DNA from: a virus
Taxonomy: Duplodnaviria; Heunggongvirae; Uroviricota; Caudoviricetes
Direction: 5' to 3' (one strand)
Virus record (IMG/VR): IMGVR_UViG_3300049211_000031
Span: 946 to 64,945 of that record
DNA: 64,000 nucleotides
Below the pieces are notes generated by a model that was not told the origin of the DNA, made no database searches, and saw nothing but the letters and a program-made list of their open reading frames with translations. Position 1 is the first letter of the stretch; each line of letters opens with the position of its first letter. Positions 22,586 through 32,300 of the stretch are shown piece after piece. The position numbers and the translations under genes are program-made.

Positions 22586-23308
22586 ATGTCAAATTGCGGG
22601 TGCAATTCAACAACAACTTTTCCTGTGGTTTCTATTTGCGACCCTTGTAATAGTAATACAGGTTGCCCTATACAACTTGATTGGGATTGCTCAATTTATC
22701 ACAAAGATAATAATGAGGTGACAAATCTCACTAATCTAGGTCTTGCAAATGGAGCTACTCTTAATCAATTTGCTGAGGCAGTAGACACTTACATAGGGGA
22801 AATAAAAGCACAAGACTATAATCTTCCTTGCTTAAGTGCTACATACACAATAAATAGCCTTCAAGAATTTGCAGAGGCAGTAGATACTGTTCTTTGTGAA
22901 TTAACAGACGATATTACTACTGTGTCAGGATCAGTAGCAACACCGATAACACCAGTAGACACACAATCTATTAATCTGACAGTTTCTGGTACATTAAATC
23001 ATACATTACAGGCTGATGCTATTATTTCACCAAATTCTGGAAATAGACTGTCTATACAATCAAATGGATTATTTGCATCTCCTCAGATCCTTTCCGTAAA
23101 TTATAGTACTAAGGAGTTAACAATAGTTGGCGGTAATACAGTGTCTCTTACAGCACTATTCACTCCAGTGTCTGGATTTCTGGGAAATGTTACTGCTGAC
23201 CCTTCTTCTCCTCTGGATGGACAATATTGGTTCCGCACAGATTTGTCTGCTGCTAGTGGATTAAGAATTCAATTAGACGGTAATGTCCGTACTATTACAA
23301 CATCATAA
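22586..23308 (+). CDS. Cys-rich putative fibre protein
   Basis: shares PVDT.SI...SGT.NHT..AD module with the next gene. Confidence 0.7.
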   Translation: MSNCGCNSTTTFPVVSICDPCNSNTGCPIQLDWDCSIYHKDNNEVTNLTNLGLANGATLNQFAEAVDTYIGEIKAQDYNLPCLSATYTINSLQEFAEAVDTVLCELTDDITTVSGSVATPITPVDTQSINLTVSGTLNHTLQADAIISPNSGNRLSIQSNGLFASPQILSVNYSTKELTIVGGNTVSLTALFTPVSGFLGNVTADPSSPLDGQYWFRTDLSAASGLRIQLDGNVRTITTS

Positions 23309-23321
23309 TAAAATTTAGAAT

Positions 23322-25646
23322 ATGCCTAATTGCACGGTATGTGGTAATGATTATTTAAGATGCAATTGTGAGTCACAACAGCCTTTTTGCGAGCAGTGCT
23401 CAGAGAACACTCCTTGTAATTATGAGGTAGATTCAAAATGCGTCACTTATCACCCATTACCAACTACACAACCATCAAAACTACAGAACTTAGGTATGCC
23501 GAATGGATCTACCGCTGAGGAGATCTTTGAGGCTATTGATGATTTTCTTGGTAATAGTGCTAATATACCTATTACACCTGTAGACACACCTAGTATAGAC
23601 ATTACAGCTTCTGGAACAGCTAATCATACAGTTAAAGCTGATATAAAAGTATCACCAGACACACTAAACCAGCTTGAAATTAGATCGAATGGGGTATATG
23701 CTAAACCTTATAATGAAAATTATTGGGTAAAGGTTGATACCAATGACACTCCTGATTACCTAGAAGAGCAAATAGTTGGTGGATCAGACGGAGTTGTATC
23801 TGTAACAGTAGATAATCAGAGTGGACTACTAGTAGTAGTACCTACACTAAATATTCAAGCTTTATTAGATAAGATTCGTGACCAATATGGGGATGCATTT
23901 TGTGAACTTGTTTCTAATTGCATTTCATATATCTGGATTATGAACACTTATCAATGTCAAGCAGAAGATCTTGATCTTATTACGAACAAGACAATAAACA
24001 ATCTTCCAGAACCTATTACAGCATTTGAGGATGGTGGACGCGTTTATTTTGTATCAGCAGATAATAGCACTGGATGTATTTGGAGCCTTGATCCAAATAC
24101 AGCTACTACTGTAGGAGACATCACCTACTTAAATGAAACTCGTAGTGGACAACCATATGGTGTATCTGGTGGTACATATACATCAGGGGTACCTTATAGA
24201 GCTGATGCTGATGGTGGATCTGGAAGTACCCTTATAACAGGACACTTTTACGATAAGTCATCAAGAACACTTTATATTCATAGTTATAGATCCTATGGAT
24301 GTGATTACTATGATTTTGTATCTGGAACTTGGGGAAAAGTGGGTGTAGGAAGTACAGGATCGGCTTATAACACAACTGTATCTTCGGATATTTTTACGCA
24401 CATTACAATGCATTCAAATGACACCTCTAATCTCATTATAACAGCATGGGGAACAGATTCTTCTACAAGAGGTAGAATGGTTATTGTCATAAATAAGACT
24501 ACAAAAACACTTGCTACAGAATTGGATGCTACAGGGAGTCCTACTTTTGCTGGTATAACAGGAAATCCGTTTAACATTAACTGGGGAGGATTTTTAACAT
24601 CTGATGATAGAATATTTGTTGCAAGAAATAATACAAGTTTATATAGAAATATAGCTGTATTTAATTCTAATTTAACTCCAATTCTTGAAATAGTTCCTGT
24701 TAATTCTAACACAGGGTTTGGTGGAACATCACAGTACTGGCAAAATTGCTTCATTGATGTAGATAATAACAAATTCTACATAAATGATTATATGTCAAGA
24801 ACTATAGAGGTTTATGATACAAACACTTATGCTCTATTAAAAACATTTACTTTCAACAATAATAGAACATATAGTACTACACAAGTGATATTTGGTATAA
24901 ATAGTATAACTGGTGAATTGTTTGTAGATCTTATATATGGTGGAACAGCTATTGCCTCTTCTGACGATGCTCCTACGAATCAAATGATTTCTTATAAGAT
25001 AGATAGATCTACCCTAGATATAAAGAAAACGTATATAGGAGGTCCAAGAGCAACAAGTGTTCTCGCGTTAACTAATGGAGACATTCTTACAATTAATGTA
25101 GGAGATATCAACCCTTCTAGTCCCACAACAGTGGGTTCTGCAGTATTTTATCAACAAAATCCATCTGCACTACCAAATGGTATTATTGATGTTTTGACTC
25201 TCAAGGAAGTTAACGAAGACACTCTAGTTCCAACAGGAAACACAAAAGCTAACGTTTCTTCTGATCCAGACTACATTGCACCTCACACAGATACAACATT
25301 ATGTCCTGTGAGTTATACTCTTGATGCTCCTTCTAACATTATTCTAACTGCTAAGAGCACAGGTTCAAGGTACTCTATAGATTTTGGTCTAAATGACGAT
25401 GTTGTTAAAAATCCTGTTTTAGCTTCAATAACAGCTACTATCAGAAATACAACAACAAGCAGTACTCTTGGAACTAAGGTGTGGTCCATACCCAATACTC
25501 CAAATAATAATGCCTTCTTTGACGAACAATCGCTTGCTGGTATTAGTACAGGAGACACTATTGTAGTGGATCTTGTGTATAAAAATTCTTCAAACACTGC
25601 AGTAGCTACATATAATAGTGTAGTTTCAGTAACTGCTGTTGTATAA
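23322..25646 (+). CDS. putative tail fibre/receptor-binding protein with beta-propeller-like region
   Basis: Cys-rich N-terminus, S/T/G/N-rich repeated beta blades. Confidence 0.7.
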   Translation: MPNCTVCGNDYLRCNCESQQPFCEQCSENTPCNYEVDSKCVTYHPLPTTQPSKLQNLGMPNGSTAEEIFEAIDDFLGNSANIPITPVDTPSIDITASGTANHTVKADIKVSPDTLNQLEIRSNGVYAKPYNENYWVKVDTNDTPDYLEEQIVGGSDGVVSVTVDNQSGLLVVVPTLNIQALLDKIRDQYGDAFCELVSNCISYIWIMNTYQCQAEDLDLITNKTINNLPEPITAFEDGGRVYFVSADNSTGCIWSLDPNTATTVGDITYLNETRSGQPYGVSGGTYTSGVPYRADADGGSGSTLITGHFYDKSSRTLYIHSYRSYGCDYYDFVSGTWGKVGVGSTGSAYNTTVSSDIFTHITMHSNDTSNLIITAWGTDSSTRGRMVIVINKTTKTLATELDATGSPTFAGITGNPFNINWGGFLTSDDRIFVARNNTSLYRNIAVFNSNLTPILEIVPVNSNTGFGGTSQYWQNCFIDVDNNKFYINDYMSRTIEVYDTNTYALLKTFTFNNNRTYSTTQVIFGINSITGELFVDLIYGGTAIASSDDAPTNQMISYKIDRSTLDIKKTYIGGPRATSVLALTNGDILTINVGDINPSSPTTVGSAVFYQQNPSALPNGIIDVLTLKEVNEDTLVPTGNTKANVSSDPDYIAPHTDTTLCPVSYTLDAPSNIILTAKSTGSRYSIDFGLNDDVVKNPVLASITATIRNTTTSSTLGTKVWSIPNTPNNNAFFDEQSLAGISTGDTIVVDLVYKNSSNTAVATYNSVVSVTAVV

Positions 25647-25691
25647 TAAATTCAAAAACTATGATTTTGTTGGTTTTTTCATAGTGTTTCT

Positions 25692-25718
25692 TCCCCTGTT
25701 TCTACAGGGGATTTTTTT
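25692..25718 (+). terminator. intrinsic terminator
   Basis: TCCCCTGT-ttct-ACAGGGGA plus T7. Confidence 0.85.
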
Positions 25719-25724
25719 ATTTTA

Positions 25725-25756
25725 TTTGGAGATATGCAATATATTACTTATTTTTG
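25725..25756 (+). promoter_or_regulatory. canonical Bacteroidota promoter of phosphoesterase gene
   Basis: TTTG 25725-28, TATTTTTG 25749-56, 20-nt spacer. Confidence 0.85.
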
Positions 25757-25771
25757 TATAAATAATAATTA

Positions 25772-27193
25772 ATGAGTCCAAGAAAAAATTTAAACAATGA
25801 AATTGACAAATATATCCTTAATAATCCTCGTCAACCAAATGAAACAGGTTATTATGGAAAAATAGCTGAATTATTTGGTATTCATCCTGAAAAAGCTCGC
25901 AAACGTTGGAGGATGCTCCAACGTCACGGAGCTATTGACAATAAGAAAAAAGTTACTATAGGGTATATATCTACAAATATGGATAATCCTAAAACGTCAA
26001 GTTACGACGCTAACAGATTTACTACTACCACCACTGCTAAAAATGAGCACACTCTTAAATTCTCTTCTAACGGCACAGGTAGCATACAAGCTACTACTTC
26101 TGAGAAAATAGAGAATCTTAATGACCTCGTGCGTGTATGTAAAATTGACACCGAAAAATATAGCATTGTAGATTATGAAGTAAAAAGCTACAACGCATGG
26201 ATTAAAAACGATAATAATGAGATTGAATCTAAGCAGCTTTTCAGCGTACGTGCTAACTTAAAAGTTAAGCGCACTGATGAAAACCTTAAAGCTCAACGTG
26301 ATATAATTCTTAATGAGATTAAGAAGGCTGGACTTGAAAGGAGTGGTTCCGTTGCTTATAAAGGGGAAATTAAAGGATTTGTTGCATTAGATAACAATGA
26401 TTTAAGTACCAAAGATACAGCTTTAGAGATTAATATTCCTGATTTACATATTGGTAAGCTTGCATGGGGTAAAGAAACAGGTGAAGACTACGATATTAAA
26501 ATAGCTATTGAACGTTATAAGAAGGCAATTAATGAACTTTTATCTCGTGTCAATCCTCTAAAATTAGAGAAAATTATATTACCTATAGGTAATGATATGA
26601 TAAATATTGACAACAAAGCTAATACAACAACAGGAGGAACTCCTCAGTCTTGCGATTCACGCTTTGGTAAAATGTTTCAAACTGCTAAGAATCTATTAAT
26701 TGATACTATTGATAAGCTGTCTGACATAGCTCCAGTAGAAGTAATAGTGGTTCCAGGTAACCATGATACTGTAGCAATGTTTACGCTTGGAGAAGTATTA
26801 GACGCTTGGTATCATAATAATGAATTGGTAACTGTGATTAACACTCACACACCTAGAAAATATTTACAGTATGGCTCAAACTTACTGATGTACTGTCACG
26901 GACATTCAGAAAAGTTGCAGGACTTGGGCATTATTTGTGCGACTGAACAACCTCAGTTATGGGCTGCCACCAAATTTCGCAGAGTGCATGTGGGTCACTT
27001 CCACCACTCTAAACAAATAAAGTTTACAGATGTTCAGGAATATCCGGGCTTTACTGTAAAGGTATTAAACTCTCTCTCAGCTAATGATGCTTGGCATGCT
27101 GAGAAAGGATATGTCTCTCTCAAAGGGGCAGAGGCATTTCTCTACCATCGAGATAAAGGACTCATTGCTAATTATTATTATTTAAACGGTTAA
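25772..27193 (+). CDS. calcineurin-like metallophosphoesterase with N-terminal HTH-like region
   Basis: PDLHIG, GND, PGNHD, CHGH, GHFHH motifs. Confidence 0.85.
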   Translation: MSPRKNLNNEIDKYILNNPRQPNETGYYGKIAELFGIHPEKARKRWRMLQRHGAIDNKKKVTIGYISTNMDNPKTSSYDANRFTTTTTAKNEHTLKFSSNGTGSIQATTSEKIENLNDLVRVCKIDTEKYSIVDYEVKSYNAWIKNDNNEIESKQLFSVRANLKVKRTDENLKAQRDIILNEIKKAGLERSGSVAYKGEIKGFVALDNNDLSTKDTALEINIPDLHIGKLAWGKETGEDYDIKIAIERYKKAINELLSRVNPLKLEKIILPIGNDMINIDNKANTTTGGTPQSCDSRFGKMFQTAKNLLIDTIDKLSDIAPVEVIVVPGNHDTVAMFTLGEVLDAWYHNNELVTVINTHTPRKYLQYGSNLLMYCHGHSEKLQDLGIICATEQPQLWAATKFRRVHVGHFHHSKQIKFTDVQEYPGFTVKVLNSLSANDAWHAEKGYVSLKGAEAFLYHRDKGLIANYYYLNG

Positions 27194-27197
27194 GAAC

Positions 27198-27221
27198 AAA
27201 CCCCTCAAAAGAGGGGTTTTT
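27198..27221 (+). terminator. intrinsic terminator
   Basis: AAACCCCTC-aaaa-GAGGGGTTT plus TT. Confidence 0.85.
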
Positions 27222-27240
27222 CATTTATAATCGTTCTTAA

Positions 27241-27279
27241 TTACGTAATTTAGAAAGTCATAAATTTTCATTACATTTG
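27241..27279 (+). promoter_or_regulatory. variant promoter (TTAC-N27-TACATTTG)
   Basis: TTAC 27241-44, TACATTTG 27272-79. Confidence 0.5.
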
Positions 27280-27294
27280 TACTTATTTTTTCCT

Positions 27295-27990
27295 ATGCCT
27301 ACAAATAGACAAATAATATCAGATATAATTACAGACTTAAGGGCTGCTAATCTTGACGACAAGGTTAGTAAAAGATTCATTCTCAATAAGTTAAGGGCTT
27401 ATGCAAAAACATTTATAAAGCAAGATGCTGAGTCAAGAAGACTTCTAAATCTTACAGATTTGTGGACAGACGTTGCATGTGTAGAAATGTGTGAGTATCC
27501 TCTTGTAGACTGCTGTAATGAGGATATTCCTGACTGTACTACTGTAATGCGCTCAAAGAAAAAAATACCAGTTACATATGAGACAGCTTATGGTGAATTG
27601 TTAGAAGTTCATAATCCTATATATGCTAAGGAATTTCGTAAGAAAACCCCAAAGGAATATAAGGATGTAAAGCTTAGGGAGTTTCAAGATAAACATATTA
27701 AGTATTATTGGATGTCAAATGGGTATTTAATTATTCCAGATTCAATGGTGCAGTCTGTTAGACTTAGGGGGGTATTTGAAGATCCTGCTGCCGCATTAAA
27801 GCTTGATTCATGTTCTGAAAGTGAAGAAAAATGTACTAGCTTACTAGACCAACCTTTTGTCTGCCCTGACTACCTAGAGTCCGTAATAAAGAAGGAAACT
27901 TTGAATGATTTATTTGGCTTCTATAAGAGAGTGACTACTGACGAGAGTCCTAATATGAATAATAATCTCAAAGTAAACGAACAACAATAA
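27295..27990 (+). CDS. putative tail ring protein
   Basis: ATG 27295; crAss-like tail gene context. Confidence 0.6.
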   Translation: MPTNRQIISDIITDLRAANLDDKVSKRFILNKLRAYAKTFIKQDAESRRLLNLTDLWTDVACVEMCEYPLVDCCNEDIPDCTTVMRSKKKIPVTYETAYGELLEVHNPIYAKEFRKKTPKEYKDVKLREFQDKHIKYYWMSNGYLIIPDSMVQSVRLRGVFEDPAAALKLDSCSESEEKCTSLLDQPFVCPDYLESVIKKETLNDLFGFYKRVTTDESPNMNNNLKVNEQQ

Positions 27991-28505
27991 TGCCAGCGGC
28001 GAATAGTCACTATAAATTCCCTGATAGAAAGCAGGTACTGAGTCCTGAATTATGGAAAGCCTACAGACAAAAGTCAGGAAAAGATATTTCCTACACAGAT
28101 TTTACAAATATAATTAAGGAGTCAAATAAGAAGATATTTAGTATTGTTTTAGAAGATGAAAATGGATTTAAACTCCCAGAGAATCTTGGATACTTGTGTA
28201 TAATCAAGTACAAAACAAAGAAGAAAGCTATCAACTGGTCTGATACTAAGAAATATGGAAAGAAGATTTACTATTTAAATCTTCACAGTTTTGGATATCG
28301 TTATCATATAAAATGGTTTAAGACTGGAATTTCTCGATTTGCCTTCAATGAAGTGTTTAAGTTTGTACCTCTTCGCACTATGCGTACAGAGGTTTCTAAG
28401 AAAATAAAAGCTGGAAAAGAATATCATGAATGGACTCTAAAAGACTTTTGGAACCAGAATAAACTGGAAAAATTGGTCAATAAAAAGTTAAAAATAGATA
28501 AATGA
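27990..28505 (+). CDS. HU/IHF-like protein of the crAss-like tail module
   Basis: basic; FKLPENLGYLCI resembles IHF arm; position. Confidence 0.6.
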   Translation: MPAANSHYKFPDRKQVLSPELWKAYRQKSGKDISYTDFTNIIKESNKKIFSIVLEDENGFKLPENLGYLCIIKYKTKKKAINWSDTKKYGKKIYYLNLHSFGYRYHIKWFKTGISRFAFNEVFKFVPLRTMRTEVSKKIKAGKEYHEWTLKDFWNQNKLEKLVNKKLKIDK

Positions 28506-29389
28506 GTACGATAAATCCCGCAAATAATCTTCAATTTAAAAAAAATGATGCCTTATTTGCAAGAGTGAGAAGAAGGTTAAGAAGTTTTAACAACGCTGGT
28601 CTTCTCGACGAGGGAGATTGGTATTGGTATATAAAAGAACTATTAGAGAAGCTTGGTGTAGCGGTATATGAAGAAAGTGAGGCTATTGTTATGGTGAAGA
28701 ACTATAAAGGTCCACTTCCTGATAATTTCTCATATCTCTATGCTGCTTATAAATGTACACCACAGGCTTCTACTCTTACAGACACCAAAAATAACTTATG
28801 GCCTCAAACAGGATTTGTGTTCTATATTGATGAAATTCATGAGCCTTATAGACAATGTAAGAACTGCTTCTCTGCAAAGAGAGATTTTATAGAGGGAGAG
28901 AAGTATACAGTAAGAACGTATATTCAAGGAGAGCCTATGATTATGAATTTCACTCAACCTCAGCTTCTTAAGGTAGGTGCTAATGCGAGAAGTTTTTGTA
29001 CAAAAGATTGCAAAAACAAGAACATATTTGGTACAGACATGGGCGAAATCACTTTGGATAAGAACACCTTATATGCTAACTTTGAAAGTGATGGCGTGTT
29101 GTTAAAATACTATGCCTTTCCATTAGATCCAGAAACAGGACTTCCTCTTATTCCAGACAATACAATATTCGAGAAAGCTATTGAGGAACATATAGTCTAC
29201 AACACTCTTAAAGACATGTACCTAAATTCTGAAATTCCTGACTTCCAAAATAAACTAGCGATGGTAGCAATGGATTATGAGAAAGCTTTTGGACAAGCAG
29301 AATTTTTAGCTAAACTTCCTAGTTTTCAAACTGTCGTTAATAAAATAAGAGTAGACAGAAAGAATCTTAGAACATACTTCCAAATCTAA
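28502..29389 (+). CDS. putative tail tubular/ring protein (P22 gp4-like)
   Basis: position directly upstream of muzzle protein; LPLIPD motif. Confidence 0.6.
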   Translation: MSTINPANNLQFKKNDALFARVRRRLRSFNNAGLLDEGDWYWYIKELLEKLGVAVYEESEAIVMVKNYKGPLPDNFSYLYAAYKCTPQASTLTDTKNNLWPQTGFVFYIDEIHEPYRQCKNCFSAKRDFIEGEKYTVRTYIQGEPMIMNFTQPQLLKVGANARSFCTKDCKNKNIFGTDMGEITLDKNTLYANFESDGVLLKYYAFPLDPETGLPLIPDNTIFEKAIEEHIVYNTLKDMYLNSEIPDFQNKLAMVAMDYEKAFGQAEFLAKLPSFQTVVNKIRVDRKNLRTYFQI

Positions 29390-29391
29390 TT

Positions 29392-32300
29392 ATGGCCGAT
29401 AATAATACGCATATTTCTGTTCCAATAAAAGGAATGAACACTGATGTTCATCCTAGTAACCTTACTGAACAAGGGTATGACTATTCTTTAAACTCTGTAG
29501 TAGAAGAATTTAGTGGAAATGGATTTCCTATTCTCCAGAATGAATCTTCTAACCTGAAGTGCGCAAATTTTCCTTCTGGATACAAAGTTGTAAATGTTGT
29601 TAATGTTGTTGAGCAAGATAGAAAAATCTTATTTCTACATAACCCAACCACAGGATTTTCACAAATAGGAGAAATATTAGGTAAAAATGAATGTGGTGAC
29701 TCATTAATAGATAATGATGAAGACTTAGGGTATTGTTCAGGATGTGATACAGGGTATTCTCCTGAAAAGTCTCCGTTAGAAGATCAAAATCCAATTCCAT
29801 GCTGTGAATATGTCACCATTGCGACTCAAACTTGCTTTAATTTTAGCATTGATCATCCTATCAGATCTGTATATCGTCTTGAAGATTGTGGTATATCTAT
29901 ATATTTTGCAGATAATCTTAACTACAACCGCTATATTGAATTTGAGTATGTGGATGATGATCCGTCTAAGCATCTAAAAATAAAGGATAAATTCAAGGTA
30001 GTAATAGGGTTGACACCTGATTGTGAAGCTCCTATTTATGGAACTCAGATTGACTGTAATAAGCTTAGAATAGACCCTGTTGCTACTATTCCAAATATAA
30101 ATCTTGTAGATATTACTGGTGGAGGTAGCTTAAAAGCAGGCGTTTATCAGTTTCTATTTGCCTATTCTAACGAGGATGGTGGAGTAAGAACCCCTTATTT
30201 AAATGTCACAAACCCCATCCCAATCTTTACAAGAGAAGTGACATTTGATACAGACTATCAAACAGATAGATCTATTACTTTCGAGATAGAAGGAATAGAT
30301 TTTAATAGTCCATATGAAAATTTTAATATTGCTGTAGTTAAAACAATTAATAGTGTTTCTAGTTTTGAGTATGTTGGAACATACCCTATTGGAACTACAC
30401 GTATAACATACACAGGAAATGAGAAAAGCTTAAAAGACCTTTCGGCTCAAGAGATATTTGCACCAAAGGTGTACTATTCTAAGAGTAGAGGTACAGCTAC
30501 ATCCAATAATTTTCTGTTCTGGTACAGTCCTGAGGAAACAAAGAAGCTTAATGTACAACGCATTGCTAATAAGGTAAAGCTTTATTGGCAAACAACACAA
30601 ATACCAGAGAATGCTTACAGAGATCCTCGCAATGCACATATCTATAAGACATATATGCGTGATGAGGTGTATCCATTTGGTCTTGTTCTCGTCTATGATA
30701 ATAATGAAAAGAGTACTATAGGACATATTCCTAATAGGGTAGCTACTACATCTGATAGAACAATCGTAGATAATACAGATGTTATTACAGAAACAAGTTG
30801 TGGTGACTGTGGAGAAGGAAGTTCAGAAGAACAAGTACAAGCAGAAGACCTAAATGAAACTACGTTTGTACCCAGCAATGATCTTCCGACCCTAAATGAA
30901 GATAATTCTAACCAAGAAGAGTCATGTACGTACACTCCTTACTCTGATACTCCTTCTACCTCGTTTTTCTCAGGTACAGGAGCAATTCCTATAGTTAATG
31001 CTGGTCCTGATCAGACTATTAACTATGATGGTATTGTAAATCTCAACGGTACAGAAATACATAGTGGTACATATGTAACAACTTTATGGAAACAGATATC
31101 TGGCCCTAATCAAATAACTATTGCTAATCCAACAAACCTTAATACTTTCTTTGATGGATTTATTACTGGTACATATGTAATTCAACTTGTAGTTACAGAT
31201 AGTAATACAAATAGGGGTGTAGATTCAGTTACTATTACGGTAAATATAGGAACAAACGCTGCACCGGTTGCAAATCCAGGTGGAGATAAGATGATTGTGC
31301 TTCCTACATCTACATCATATCTTAACGGAGGACTATCATCAGATGATATGCTTATATCGTCCTACTTGTGGACTCAAGATTCTGGACCTAATACAGCTAC
31401 TATAAACTCTCCTACACAGCCTTACACTGATGTATCAGGTCTTGTAGAAGGCACATACGTATTTAGACTTAGAGTGACAGATAATAAAGAATGCTATTCT
31501 GAGGCTACCACTACTATATATGTATTAGATAATCCTTGTGATAGTGTTCCTGATCCAGTTAATTTATTATATCCTGTAAACGGTTCTCTAACAAGCTCAT
31601 TTGCAACAGTCGTTCTTGATTGGGATGACTCTGTTTGTGCTACTTCTTATGATGTTTATTTAGCTGTGGATGGAGACCCTTATAGTCTTGTTGGAAACAG
31701 CACAAATTCAACATTTACATTAACAAATCTAATTCCTAATACTGTTTATAATTGGTATGTAGTTCCAAAGAATGCAGCTGGTGAGGCAGAAGATGCTGAT
31801 CTTTATTACAGAACATTTGTAACTCCTACAGAATCTTCTGTATCAGGATGTGAGAAACAGAAATGGGAAGTGTACAATACTGCCTCTATTATAGCTTCTC
31901 CACATCAACCTTATAAAGACTGTGAAGAAACATGTTGGGAGTATGGGGAGTTTGCCTATTGGGAAAGTACTGAAAAGTACCCAAATAATCCTGATGTATG
32001 GGGAGAATTATGTAATGAACCTATTAGATTTCACAAATTCCCTGATTCTCTTGTAACACATATACATGATGGGTTAAATGCCTCTGTGGATAATAAGAGG
32101 GATAACATGATCTATCCAATAGGTATTAAAGTGGATCATAATTCAGTTAGAGCAGCTATTGATCAGGCTGTTACAGATGGTATTATAACTCTTGAAGATA
32201 AAAATAGAATTAAGGGATATGAGATTGTAAGAGGAAACAGATTTGGTAATAAGTCTATTGTAGCTAAAGGTATATTATATGATGTAAATCAGTATAGACG

